NCBI GenBank assembly: GCA_044344995.1
Contig: JBIJBX010000001.1
Location: forward strand, 1 to 52,882
DNA: 52,882 nt
Source: Oligoflexales bacterium
Lineage (GTDB): Bacteria; Bdellovibrionota_B; Oligoflexia; Oligoflexales; RGVZ01
Direction: 5' to 3'
Shown here: piece after piece, positions 1 to 9,740 of the stretch
How positions within the stretch are numbered: position 1 is the first letter of the stretch
Layout: the number at the start of each line of letters is the position of its first letter
Program-made: the position numbers and the translations under genes
The notes under the pieces: model-generated
Database searches by the model: none
Seen by the model: the letters and a program-made list of their open reading frames with translations, nothing else
Told to the model about the DNA's origin: nothing

Positions 1-240
1 CAATCTTACGTGTTTAATTCCCCAGCAGCGGCGGAAATGCTTAATAAGCTCCTAGATTTATATCGCTTTATCTTGCCCCAATATTTAGCCGAAGGGCGAC
101 ACTTTCTACGGGTTGGCCTGGGCTGCACGGGCGGACAGCATCGCAGCGTTTCTATGGTTGAAAGGCTGGCGGCCCGTTTAGCTAAAGACACAGTTCCAGA
201 GATCGTTATCTCAGTCGTCCACCGGGATCTTAATCGCTAG
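1..240 (+). CDS. rapZ: RNase adapter protein RapZ (YhbJ family), C-terminal fragment; 5' end outside window
   Basis: Frame is open from base 1. The tail contains [11 protein letters not shown], the conserved RapZ C-terminal motif. Stop at 238-240. Confidence 0.8.
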   Translation, partial: QSYVFNSPAAAEMLNKLLDLYRFILPQYLAEGRHFLRVGLGCTGGQHRSVSMVERLAARLAKDTVPEIVISVVHRDLNR

Positions 241-308
241 AATTCCGCAGCCAAAAATCCAAAAAAGAGCTATGATTTGCCTCGAATTTAACTTAACCCT
301 GGCGAGGG

Positions 309-3185
309 ATGTTTGAGGCCATGAGTACTCTAAAGAGTTTTAATTCACACAGAAAATTTTCAGATCGTCACCTGGGACCAACCGCGGGTGAGCGGGAGCA
401 AATGTTGGCGGCTTTGGGCGTTAAGTCCCTTGAGGCGCTGGTTGACGATGCAGTACCAAAGGGTATTCGCATTAATGCGCCCCTAAATTTACCGGCAGCC
501 GTCACCGAAGATGAAGCTCTGCGGCAGTTAAAGAGTATCGCTAGAAAAAATAAGATATGGCGAAGCTACATAGGAACTGGCTATCACGGGACAATTGTAC
601 CGCCGGTTATCCAGAGGAATATTCTTGAAAATCCAGGTTGGTATACTCAGTACACTCCTTATCAGGCTGAGATTAGCCAAGGTCGACTCGAGGCTCTGAT
701 CAACTTTCAAACCATGATTGTTGAGTTAACCGGACTGCCGGTGTCTAATGCAAGCTTGCTTGATGAAGCGACGGCTGCGGCTGAGGCCATGATGATGAGT
801 TTTGCCGGTCGCGCTGATGACGCCTCTAAAAAATACTTCGTTTCCAAAGACTGTCATCCACAAACCGTTGAGCTGATTCGCACGCGCGCGGAACCTGTTG
901 GCGCTGAAATTGTTGTGGGTGATGACGCCGCGTTTGCTCGCGAATCTCAGCTGTTTGGCGCGATTTTTCAGTATCCGCGATCAAACGGCAGTTTGGCTGA
1001 TTACAAAAATTTAATTGATAGCGCAAAACAGAGAAAAATTATCACCACCCTGGCCTGTGATCTTCTGGGGCTTGTTTTGCTCGAGTCTCCCGGCTCACTG
1101 GGCGCAGATATCGCCATCGGCAGCGCCCAGCGTTTTGGGGTTCCTATGGGTTTTGGCGGCCCTCACGCGGCATTTATCGCAACGGGTGACGAGCACAAGC
1201 GCCGCATGCCCGGCAGGATTGTTGGTGTGTCCAAGGATAAAGAGGGTCGAAATGCTTTCCGGCTGGCGTTGCAAACACGCGAGCAACATATCCGCCGTGA
1301 GAAAGCCACGAGTAATATCTGTACGGCTCAGGCTCTGCTGGCCATCATGTCAAGCATGTATGCGTGCTATCACGGACCTGCTGGGCTGCGTGAAATCGCT
1401 GAGCGCGTGCATGCCGCCGCGAAGATCTTTGCAAATGGAGTAAAAAAAGTCGGCCTTTCCATTATCGACGAGCACTTTTTTGATACGGTATCGATCGTGG
1501 TGAACGCGCAGCAACGCAGCCAGTTTTTGGAGGCCGCCGCCGCACGTGAGATTAATCTGCGTATTGATCGCGATGATTGTTTGAGTATTTCTTTCGATGA
1601 GACAGTCGTCGAGAGAGATCTCCAAGACCTATTGGCCGTCTTCGGCTGCAGGCTTACCCCAAAAGAGCTCGCAGATCATGCAAGTCCCGCGATTCCGGAG
1701 CGGTTACTACGGAAGACTCCGACGTTAACGAGCCCTATCTTTAGCCGATTTAAAAGCGAAACTGACTTGATGCGATATATAAAGCATTTGGAGTCAAAAG
1801 ATCTCTCGCTGACCACAAGCATGATTCCCCTCGGGTCTTGCACTATGAAGCTCAATGCAGCGGCGGAACTTTTCCCGGTTAGTTGGCCCGAGTTTGGCGC
1901 CCTGCATCCGTTTGTTCCCAAGGATCAGTCGACAGGCTATCAGGAAATGTTTGAGCAACTTGAGCGATGGCTTTGTGAAATAACAGGATTTGCCGCTATC
2001 AGTTTGCAGCCTAACAGCGGTAGCCAAGGCGAATATGCCGGACTGTTGGTGATTCGATCCTATCTTAAATCGATCGGGCAAGGGCATCGGCGCACGTGCC
2101 TTATTCCTCAGTCCGCCCACGGAACCAACCCAGCCAGTGCAGCAATGGCAGGAATGAAGATTGTGATCGTTGGTTGCGACGATGATGGCAATATTGATAT
2201 TTCTGAATTGCAAAAGAAGGCCGCCGAGCACGCCAGCGATCTCGCATGCCTGATGGTCACCTACCCGTCTACACATGGGGTTTTTGAAGAAGGCATCCGC
2301 GAGGTTTGTGAGATCATTCATCGACACGGCGGACAGGTGTATATGGACGGCGCAAATATGAATGCGCAAGTCGGCTTATGTCGCCCGGGGGATTTCGGCC
2401 CCGATGTCTGTCACTTGAATTTGCACAAAACATTTTGCATACCCCACGGCGGCGGCGGCCCCGGAATGGGGCCCATTGGTGTTGCGAAGCACCTCGCCGG
2501 CTTTCTGCCCGGACACCCTCTGGCCAAAATAGTTGGCGGTCGCACATCGTTTGCCGTGTCAGCCGCGCAATGGGGAAGCGCCAGCATATTGCCAATTTCT
2601 TGGATGTATATTCGCATGATGGGTGAGTCTGGTTTAACGTTGGCAACCCAAACGGCAATTATGAATGCCAATTATATTGCCCATCGCCTGAACCCGCATT
2701 TTCCAATCCTGTATAAAGGTCAGTCTGGGATGGTGGCCCACGAATGCATCGTCGACATCCGGGGTTTTAAAGCGCAAAGCGGGATTGAAGTGGAAGATAT
2801 AGCTAAACGGCTGATGGACTATGGATTCCACGCGCCTACGGTTTCATTCCCCGTCGCTAACACGATGATGATCGAGCCTACAGAGAGTGAAAGCCGAGCG
2901 GAGCTCGACCGCTTCTGTGAAGCGATGATTGGTATAAAGGCCGAGATTGATAAAGTAACGAATGGCACCTGGGATAGAGTTAAAAATCCACTAAAACAGG
3001 CACCCCACACGGTCGGCATGGTCACAGGCGATAGCTGGGATCTTCCCTACTCACGTGCAACCGCCGCATTTCCAGCGGCCTGGACAAAGGCACGCAAATT
3101 CTGGCCCTCAGTTGCTCGAATCGACAATGCTTTGGGAGATAGAAATCTCGTTTGCACTTGCCCGGATATCAGTGAGTACCAGTAA
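309..3185 (+). CDS. gcvP: Glycine dehydrogenase (decarboxylating), single-chain P protein of the glycine cleavage system
   Basis: 958-aa ORF, colinear with single-chain GcvP. Contains the PLP-lysine block [16 protein letters not shown]. An alternative ATG lies at 321. Confidence 0.95.
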   Translation: MFEAMSTLKSFNSHRKFSDRHLGPTAGEREQMLAALGVKSLEALVDDAVPKGIRINAPLNLPAAVTEDEALRQLKSIARKNKIWRSYIGTGYHGTIVPPVIQRNILENPGWYTQYTPYQAEISQGRLEALINFQTMIVELTGLPVSNASLLDEATAAAEAMMMSFAGRADDASKKYFVSKDCHPQTVELIRTRAEPVGAEIVVGDDAAFARESQLFGAIFQYPRSNGSLADYKNLIDSAKQRKIITTLACDLLGLVLLESPGSLGADIAIGSAQRFGVPMGFGGPHAAFIATGDEHKRRMPGRIVGVSKDKEGRNAFRLALQTREQHIRREKATSNICTAQALLAIMSSMYACYHGPAGLREIAERVHAAAKIFANGVKKVGLSIIDEHFFDTVSIVVNAQQRSQFLEAAAAREINLRIDRDDCLSISFDETVVERDLQDLLAVFGCRLTPKELADHASPAIPERLLRKTPTLTSPIFSRFKSETDLMRYIKHLESKDLSLTTSMIPLGSCTMKLNAAAELFPVSWPEFGALHPFVPKDQSTGYQEMFEQLERWLCEITGFAAISLQPNSGSQGEYAGLLVIRSYLKSIGQGHRRTCLIPQSAHGTNPASAAMAGMKIVIVGCDDDGNIDISELQKKAAEHASDLACLMVTYPSTHGVFEEGIREVCEIIHRHGGQVYMDGANMNAQVGLCRPGDFGPDVCHLNLHKTFCIPHGGGGPGMGPIGVAKHLAGFLPGHPLAKIVGGRTSFAVSAAQWGSASILPISWMYIRMMGESGLTLATQTAIMNANYIAHRLNPHFPILYKGQSGMVAHECIVDIRGFKAQSGIEVEDIAKRLMDYGFHAPTVSFPVANTMMIEPTESESRAELDRFCEAMIGIKAEIDKVTNGTWDRVKNPLKQAPHTVGMVTGDSWDLPYSRATAAFPAAWTKARKFWPSVARIDNALGDRNLVCTCPDISEYQ

Positions 3186-3208
3186 GCGCGAGAGCCCGAG
3201 AATAGGCC

Positions 3209-3589
3209 TCACTCTTTGATGAATGCCTCATATCCGGCGGCGTCGAGAAGGCCGCCCACATCTCCTGGGTTGTCCATTTCGATTTTAATTAGCCAGCCGT
3301 TTGTGTAGGTGTCACCCTGTAAGCTCTCAGGGGCGCCTTTAAGCGCTGTATTGACGGCTGAAACTTTACCCGCAACAGGCATATAGAGATCACTGACAGT
3401 TTTTGTCGATTCAATGGTGCCAAATGAATCGCCCGCCTTAAAGTGCTTCCCCGCCTCAGGCAGATCAACAAACACGATGTCACCCAGCTGTTCAACCGCA
3501 TAAGCCGTTACACCGATCGTGCCCGTTTTGCCTTGAGCTTCAATCCACTCGTGATCTTTCGTATATTTAAATTTTTTTGGAAATTCCAT
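3209..3589 (-). CDS. gcvH: Glycine cleavage system H protein (lipoyl carrier)
   Basis: 126 aa. Lipoyl-lysine block IESTKTVSDLYMP. Sits directly downstream of gcvT on the same strand. Confidence 0.95.
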   Translation of the reverse strand: MEFPKKFKYTKDHEWIEAQGKTGTIGVTAYAVEQLGDIVFVDLPEAGKHFKAGDSFGTIESTKTVSDLYMPVAGKVSAVNTALKGAPESLQGDTYTNGWLIKIEMDNPGDVGGLLDAAGYEAFIKE

Positions 3590-3612
3590 TTGGCCCTCAC
3601 ATTAATGTTGAT

Positions 3613-4734
3613 TTATTTAGTGCGAGCCGCGTAAAGCGGCCGCTTACAAACTTTAGCTCGTTTCTGTTGGCCTCGGATGTCGATTAGAATTTCATCGCCC
3701 TCTTTGGGGCCGTGCGCAAGCAAAGCCATGCCACCGGCGCCGCCCAAAGTTGGCAATACGGATCCACTGGTGACATGACCAACATCTTTACCCTGGAAAA
3801 ATACTTTCATTCCTTGCCGCGGGATACCATCGTCAGCCATTTTAAAGGCCACGATCTGTCGTTTGATACCGCGAGCTTTTTGGTCCATAAGCGCTGCACG
3901 CCCGATAAAGTCACCCTTGTCTAATTTCGTGGCCCAAGCAATTCCAGCCTCAAGTGGAGAGACGCTGTCTGTCATGTCGTTGCCATACAGCAAGTAGCAG
4001 GCCTCGAGACGCAAGGTGTCTCGGGCGCCAAGACCAATGGGTTTGACCCCATATTTATCTTTGAGACCAGTTAAAGCTGTCCAAACTTGTTTTACGCTTT
4101 GCGCAGGCAGATAAATTTCAAAGCCAAACTCGCCGGTGTAACCGGTTCGTGCGATGTAGACCGAAGCGCCAAGTAGAGGCGATTGTAAAATGTTCGTGTA
4201 AGGCAGGCTCCGCAGGCGGACCGCATCTGGTGGTGCCAAGAGACTGCTAATAACATCAAGCGAGTTGGGTCCTTGCACAGCGATTTGAGCCCACACATCA
4301 GACTCGTCTCTAACGTCGACGGCAAAGCTCTTAGATTTTTCTTTGATCCAAGTGAAGTCTTTCGATCTATTTGAGGCGTTTATACAGATAAAAAACTCAT
4401 CGTCTCCGAGGCGATAGATGATGAGGTCATCAATCATTCCCCCGCTCTCGTTAAGGATTGCGCTGTACTGTCCAGCCCCCGTCTTTAGGCGCTCGATATC
4501 ATTGATCGTGAGCCACTGTAAGAATCGTTGGGCGTCGGGCCCTTTCACCCTGACTTCACCCATATGGCTGACATCAAAAATTCCGCATGCCTCACGAACA
4601 TTCTTATGTTCGCTCAGCACGCTCTCGTAACTAACAGGCATCATCCAGCCACCAAAAGGCACCATCTTCGCCCCAGACTGTGTGTGCAAATCAAAGAGGG
4701 GTGTTTTTTTGGTGATGGAAGCGGTTGGATCCAC
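3613..4734 (-). CDS. gcvT: Aminomethyltransferase, glycine cleavage system T protein
   Basis: 373 aa with typical GcvT length and N-terminal pattern (TPLFDLH..GAKMVPFGGW.MPV.Y). GTG start (cac at 4732-4734) is preceded by GAGGA. Confidence 0.93.
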   Translation of the reverse strand: MDPTASITKKTPLFDLHTQSGAKMVPFGGWMMPVSYESVLSEHKNVREACGIFDVSHMGEVRVKGPDAQRFLQWLTINDIERLKTGAGQYSAILNESGGMIDDLIIYRLGDDEFFICINASNRSKDFTWIKEKSKSFAVDVRDESDVWAQIAVQGPNSLDVISSLLAPPDAVRLRSLPYTNILQSPLLGASVYIARTGYTGEFGFEIYLPAQSVKQVWTALTGLKDKYGVKPIGLGARDTLRLEACYLLYGNDMTDSVSPLEAGIAWATKLDKGDFIGRAALMDQKARGIKRQIVAFKMADDGIPRQGMKVFFQGKDVGHVTSGSVLPTLGGAGGMALLAHGPKEGDEILIDIRGQQKRAKVCKRPLYAARTK

Positions 4735-5068
4735 AGTCGTTTAAATCCTCAAAAAGTGATGTGATGGCCAATACAAAAACAAATCATTCCAGAACTTTAT
4801 GGGACTCCGGCCCGGGTGTCAACGAACCTGACACATGTCCCCATGAAGCGACATCTCCATGACGACAACTTAATGTAATTATTGATAAATATCATTGGTA
4901 TAAACATTGCTCAGTGGTCACCAGGTGAAAGCCTCGCTCGTCGCCGCAAGCCAAACGTTCGGCAGATGAGATGGGTTTTGATTTTAAGAGTTAAATGCTT
5001 CGTTAATTGGGATCAAGTTGTTGCCGCTGTTATACCCATGCTGCTGAATGCTGAAGTGGAGACTGTTT

Positions 5069-5437
5069 ATGAGAGTATTGAATATCATGAAGCTTAGATT
5101 AGCACCCCTTAGACGGCAAATTTTTGCCGCCTCGGCTTTTTTAGCATTAATGCTTGCAGGAAACAGCGAAGCCGCTACTGTCTATAGTTGCGCGGACAGC
5201 GGAGAGCGATGCGTTGTGCGCCTTGAGGACGGAATAGTCGGAGATCAGGTTCGCATTTTAGATGAAAAAGCGCGCCCAATCGCCGCGGGACGAATTGTAA
5301 AAAAACGCGGTAACTTTGCAGTTGTTAAGGTTACAAACGCGAGCCAAGTAGTTCGCAAAGGCTATCCGGTTATTATCAACATTGACAGTCGCTCAAGTAG
5401 CTTACAATGGGCGGCATCTTTCACAAATCAGGATTGA
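5069..5437 (+). CDS. Hypothetical small secreted protein
   Basis: ATG at 5069 lies 6 nt after GGAGA (5058-5062). Signal peptide ...FAASAFLALMLAGNSEA-AT. No recognisable family. The ORF track offers an earlier ATG at 5048. Confidence 0.5.
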   Translation: MRVLNIMKLRLAPLRRQIFAASAFLALMLAGNSEAATVYSCADSGERCVVRLEDGIVGDQVRILDEKARPIAAGRIVKKRGNFAVVKVTNASQVVRKGYPVIINIDSRSSSLQWAASFTNQD

Positions 5438-6213
5438 TTTCCGAGACGGCATTGGCCGACCTCTCGCTGGTAGTCATCACGCTCAATGAAGCGGAAAATT
5501 TACCGGCTCTTCTTGACTGCGTTCCAAAAAATGTCGAGATCATAGTGCTCGACAGCGGCAGTACTGACCAGACTTGCCAGATAGCGAATAAATTTGGTGC
5601 TCGGGTTGAGCACCGAGCCTTCGATAACTTTGCTAGCCAAAAAAACTACGCCATGTCTCTCGCCTCCAGGCGATGGACTTTGTGTCTTGATGCGGACGAA
5701 CTTCCGGATGAAAATCTGTGGCAAGCCATCACCGCAGCCGTATCAGGGGAATCCCAGGAGGCTAGTGCGTTCAGTATGAAGCGGCGCCTGATTTTTTTGG
5801 GGCGCAAAATGCGCTATGGTCGGACTCAAGATCATGTTGTGAGACTTTTCCCCTCCCATACTGCCAGTTATCAGAATGAGATACATGAGACAATCGTGTT
5901 ACCCAAAAGCACATCAGTGCTTAGTTTGACGGGTGTTTTGTGGCACAAAAGCTACAAAGACCTGGATGATTATTTCTCGAAATTCAATCGTTACACTTCG
6001 ATGATGGCTGTGTCGCGATGGAAAAGCGGCAAGACCCAGCCGAGTGTATTTTTGATGGCCGTCCGCCTGCCAACGGATTTCATCATCCGGTATCTTTTGA
6101 AATTAGGGTTTTTAGATGGTTGGCAAGGTTTTTTGTGGGCCGCGATTTCAAGTTTTTATAGTTTGATCAAGTACGCCAAGCTTAAAGAAATCTCAGAGAA
6201 GGTTTCCGGATGA
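5407..6213 (+). CDS. Family 2 glycosyltransferase (LPS-core type)
   Basis: N-terminal GT2 pattern LSLVVITLNEAENL...EIIVLDSGSTDQT...LDADE. The start is uncertain: ATG 5407 overlaps the upstream ORF, and a TTG near 5452 is an alternative. Confidence 0.8.
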   Translation: MGGIFHKSGLISETALADLSLVVITLNEAENLPALLDCVPKNVEIIVLDSGSTDQTCQIANKFGARVEHRAFDNFASQKNYAMSLASRRWTLCLDADELPDENLWQAITAAVSGESQEASAFSMKRRLIFLGRKMRYGRTQDHVVRLFPSHTASYQNEIHETIVLPKSTSVLSLTGVLWHKSYKDLDDYFSKFNRYTSMMAVSRWKSGKTQPSVFLMAVRLPTDFIIRYLLKLGFLDGWQGFLWAAISSFYSLIKYAKLKEISEKVSG

Positions 6214-7286
6214 AGGTTTGGCATTTAATTTCCAATCGTTGGAATAGCGCAATTAGCGAGTATGCCCTGAGTGCTGCGCGCGCCATGAAGCTCGCTGGCG
6301 CCGAAACCTTGATCACACCCCTGCAGTCAAGCCCAATTGAGGCCAGATTTATCGCTCAGGAATTCTCGGTAGAAAGTGTTGATCATTTTGGACCCGGCAA
6401 GTATGGCCGTCTTTTTGCCCTCTCCAAAAAATTCAACCCAGATGTTATCTTTACCTACGGTGGTCCGGAGACAACGGCCGCCATATTCATAAAGACTGGC
6501 CGAAAGCTGATTCGATTTTACGGACAGAGAGCCGATGGGCTCGGCATGACTCGACAGTTTTTTGGCCGCGTGGGGCATTTTCATGTGGACCGACTGATTG
6601 CCCCATCGCAGTACGTCGGCCAGCCCCTTCGTGGCATGACGGGCAGCGATGTGGACGTGGTGCAACTTGGCTGTGATCAAAAAAATTTTTCCTTTCAAGA
6701 TATCAATCGAGCTAAGAGGCCCGAGATTTTGATCTTCGGACGCCTTGATCCAGTGAAGGGACACCGTGAGTTTTTCCCGATTTTAAAAGAATTGATCACC
6801 ATGGCCAAGACCAAGGGAGATCCAATTCCCAGGCTTCGCATCGTCGGCGTACCCGCAAATTTGTCAGCGTCATATCTCCGCGCCGAGGCGGAACGACTTG
6901 AACTGTCGGAAGACGATCTGGTTATTCAATGTGAGCGGGTTGCAAACGTGGCAGCATTGATGTCTGAAAGCTCCCTCGGTCTGGTTTCCAGTATCGGCAG
7001 TGAAGTGATCTGTAGAGTCGCTCAAGAGTTTTTACTGTGCGGAACGCCTGTGATCACAACTGGCATAGGGTCTCTGCCTGAAGTGTTTGTAGATAGGAGT
7101 TTTGGTGATCACTACGATCACACCAAACCGGCAGAGGCGACCGCGAAAATATATAATTGGCTATGCCTCGGTCACTGCGAGTCAAACTTGCAACGTCAGG
7201 CTCGCTCACTTGCCGCACAGCGCGTTTTTTCCATCGAGCGCATGTCCGAAGACTTGATTAGAATTGTCCGCTCGACGATAACTTGA
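6210..7286 (+). CDS. Family 1 (GT4-like) glycosyltransferase
   Basis: ATGA start/stop overlap with the GT2 gene. C-terminal GT-B motif region SEVICRVAQEFLLCGTPVITTGIGSLPEV. Confidence 0.7.
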   Translation: MKVWHLISNRWNSAISEYALSAARAMKLAGAETLITPLQSSPIEARFIAQEFSVESVDHFGPGKYGRLFALSKKFNPDVIFTYGGPETTAAIFIKTGRKLIRFYGQRADGLGMTRQFFGRVGHFHVDRLIAPSQYVGQPLRGMTGSDVDVVQLGCDQKNFSFQDINRAKRPEILIFGRLDPVKGHREFFPILKELITMAKTKGDPIPRLRIVGVPANLSASYLRAEAERLELSEDDLVIQCERVANVAALMSESSLGLVSSIGSEVICRVAQEFLLCGTPVITTGIGSLPEVFVDRSFGDHYDHTKPAEATAKIYNWLCLGHCESNLQRQARSLAAQRVFSIERMSEDLIRIVRSTIT

Positions 7287-7290
7287 GGGC

Positions 7291-9663
7291 TCAAATTCCG
7301 CCTAGCCACTTGCGCGGTTTTGAACCCTCAGCTTTAGCAACTAGATTTTTCGCTTCCATGCCTTCGACAATCCTTGCGGCTCTGTTGTAGCCTATCTGAA
7401 GGTGCCGCTGCAGAAAGCTAGCACTAACGACCCCGTGAGTCCGCGCGATGTTTACAGCGTCTTCCCACTTTGGATCACTCAAAGCCGACACGCCCGCCCC
7501 GTCAGCAAGATCTTCCATTCCGGCACAACGCGTTACTTCTTGATCAATCCAGCCCATGGCGCGCTCATCGTAAATGACTTCGTAGTTTCGTTTTGTTTCT
7601 GCAACCAGAGCCAGCACCTCTTCATCACTTACGAGAGCTCCTTGAAGCCTCTCAAGGCGTCCGACGCCCGGTCGTTGTAAAAGCAAGTCACCGCGACCTA
7701 GCAGCTTCTCCGCACCCATCTGATCCAAAATGGTGCGACTGTCGTGTTTACTGACGACTTGAAATGATAGTCGACAAGGAAGGTTTGCTTTGATGACGCC
7801 CGTAATGACATCCACAGACGGCCGCTGGGTTGCCAAAACCATATGAATTCCAGATGCCCGCGCTTTTTGCGCCAGTCGTTGTATGCTGCTTTCCACATCT
7901 TTGGGCGCTGTCAACATCAAGTCGGCCAACTCATCAATCACAAGCAGTATGTAGGGAAGGCGCGAAATTTGCGGGTCATTCATGAGTCCGCGAATTTGCT
8001 CTTTCTTCGAATCTGAAGTCGTTTCCCAAAAGGAGTTAAAGCCACCGATATTTCTTACTTGAGCGTGCTGCATTATTTTGTAACGTCGTTCCATCTCGTT
8101 TGCGGCCCATTTTAAGGCGGAAGAGGCACGATCCGGCTCAGTGATTACCGGCATCAAAAGATGAGGTATACCGTCGTACACGCTGAGTTCCAGCATTTTC
8201 GGATCAACCAATATCATTCGAACGTCCTCGGGGGAGGACTTCATAATCACACTACAAAGAAGGCTATTGATCCCAACGCTTTTCCCCGTGCCAGTTGCGC
8301 CTGCAGCTAGCAGGTGCGGCATCGTGGTTAGGTCCGCAGTGAAAGGTTGACCATTGATATTTTTGCCCATGGCAAAAGTCAGTGGTGAAGGGTTTTTTTG
8401 AAATGACTCACTGGCGATAACGTCTCCCAGGTAAACGATTTCTCTGCGTTGGTTGGGTACTTGAATCCCCAGCGCACGTTTACCAGGAACTGGATTGATG
8501 AAAATACTGTCCACTTTGAGTGATAAGGCGAGGTCATCCATCAGCGATAAGATTTTAGACTGTTTGATGCCCGCGTCCGGTTGATATTCATAAACAGTGA
8601 CTACGGGCCCCGGCTGCCAGCCAACAATTTTTCCCTCGATGCCAAACTCTGAAAGAGTTTTAGTCAAAACGGCCCCAGTTGCCTCGAGCTCTTTTTGGCT
8701 AAGAGCGGCCGATGAACGGTCGTCAGATCGACGGAAGGTCTCTAATGCGGGCGTGATATATGGGCGCTGAGGCGCGAACTCTTCTGGTTCCGCAATGGCA
8801 GAGCCGAACACATCTGCAATTGAACGAGGTAAAGATGAGACGTCATCCAGTGTGGGTTCGTCCGCGACACGAGGTTCCCCCGCCTCGCCTACCGTTGATA
8901 GGATCACCGCCCCGTCCACAGCAGATGAAGTCGATGACTCAGCTTGATTAAATTGTTCCATTGAGTTTTCATGAACGACTAGGCCTGCTTTGGAATCAGT
9001 CGAAGTCGGTACAAGCCGCTCTTTGGAGCGAGGTTTGAATCGGTAAATAATCGTGAGCAACTCCGCCAATTCCATACGGCTGATAAGGATCAGGGATGTC
9101 ACCAGAGCCGTCCAAAGAATGATGTAAGATCCGATGTTACCCGCGTTTTCCGTCAGCCCCTGTGATAGGGAAGATCCTAACGCGCCACCACTAGCTAGGC
9201 CAATGCCCCGGATCGGCAGGGTTGGCTGTAGTAGTGCCAATATGGGCATTAAAGAGATGAGTAGCGTTAACCACCCAGCTAGCACCGGCACCATTGATAG
9301 GCGCAGAGCTCCGGAACGCATTTGCCAAGCAAGTTGAAGTAGAAGCACTGGCAGAGTAAAAGCCGAGAGCCCCATATAAAACAGCAAGCCACCTGCCAAG
9401 GAGTTTCCAGCTGGTCCAGTCAAGTTTGTCGAACGCACGGCTGTTGACGCAACAGAGCTGTAGAGCCAATTTTCTAAAGGCTGGAAAAATACAAGGGCTA
9501 GCATTAAAAACGAACTGCAACCCAAGAACAGAACGAAAGCGGCGTCACGCTCAAATTGTCGCCGTGCGTCAATATTGAGGGCTTGGACTATTTTGGATGA
9601 GGCCGCTGTTGCAAATTGGGAGAACTTTGCCATGTATCGCCATCCTATGGGCAGTCGACGCAC
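7291..9663 (-). CDS. ftsK: DNA translocase FtsK
   Basis: Architecture is N-terminal TM helices, a low-complexity linker, a motor domain with Walker A GATGTGKSV, and a C-terminal gamma winged-helix domain. GTG 9663 or ATG 9633 are both possible starts. Confidence 0.93.
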   Translation of the reverse strand: MRRLPIGWRYMAKFSQFATAASSKIVQALNIDARRQFERDAAFVLFLGCSSFLMLALVFFQPLENWLYSSVASTAVRSTNLTGPAGNSLAGGLLFYMGLSAFTLPVLLLQLAWQMRSGALRLSMVPVLAGWLTLLISLMPILALLQPTLPIRGIGLASGGALGSSLSQGLTENAGNIGSYIILWTALVTSLILISRMELAELLTIIYRFKPRSKERLVPTSTDSKAGLVVHENSMEQFNQAESSTSSAVDGAVILSTVGEAGEPRVADEPTLDDVSSLPRSIADVFGSAIAEPEEFAPQRPYITPALETFRRSDDRSSAALSQKELEATGAVLTKTLSEFGIEGKIVGWQPGPVVTVYEYQPDAGIKQSKILSLMDDLALSLKVDSIFINPVPGKRALGIQVPNQRREIVYLGDVIASESFQKNPSPLTFAMGKNINGQPFTADLTTMPHLLAAGATGTGKSVGINSLLCSVIMKSSPEDVRMILVDPKMLELSVYDGIPHLLMPVITEPDRASSALKWAANEMERRYKIMQHAQVRNIGGFNSFWETTSDSKKEQIRGLMNDPQISRLPYILLVIDELADLMLTAPKDVESSIQRLAQKARASGIHMVLATQRPSVDVITGVIKANLPCRLSFQVVSKHDSRTILDQMGAEKLLGRGDLLLQRPGVGRLERLQGALVSDEEVLALVAETKRNYEVIYDERAMGWIDQEVTRCAGMEDLADGAGVSALSDPKWEDAVNIARTHGVVSASFLQRHLQIGYNRAARIVEGMEAKNLVAKAEGSKPRKWLGGI

Positions 9664-9689
9664 TGATTAATGACTGTGCTACCTTTGGC

Positions 9690-9719
9690 ATTATAGCCCG
9701 GCTTGTATATTTGGAGCAA
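9690..9719 (-). promoter_or_regulatory. Candidate sigma-70 promoter for ftsK (TTGCTC-N18-TATAAT on the minus strand)
   Basis: Perfect TATAAT (plus-strand attata, 9690-9695) and TTGCTC (plus gagcaa, 9714-9719), about 25 nt upstream of the ftsK start. Confidence 0.4.
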
Positions 9720-9740
9720 AAATGAGGTCGAAAACTTAAT

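Noticed and set aside
1794-2369. Long antisense ORFs inside well-supported genes. Examples: 1794-2369 in gcvP, 12278-12721 in mdh, 16292-16804 across the antiporter and glmM, 19460-19882 in cdaR, 25587-25952 and 26402-26800 in the flagellins, 48962-49330 in sucC
   Set aside because: They have no Shine-Dalgarno sequences and their translations are low-complexity or Arg/Ser/Pro-rich. They lie fully within genes that have strong family signatures on the other strand. This is typical of shadow ORFs.
4741-4900. Glycine riboswitch upstream of gcvT
   Set aside because: The position is right and the region is structured. However, neither strand shows the conserved aptamer cores (GGAGAG...ACCGAAGGGGCAA...CUCAGGCAAAAGGAC). 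Only a generic nested hairpin is visible. A cmscan would be decisive.
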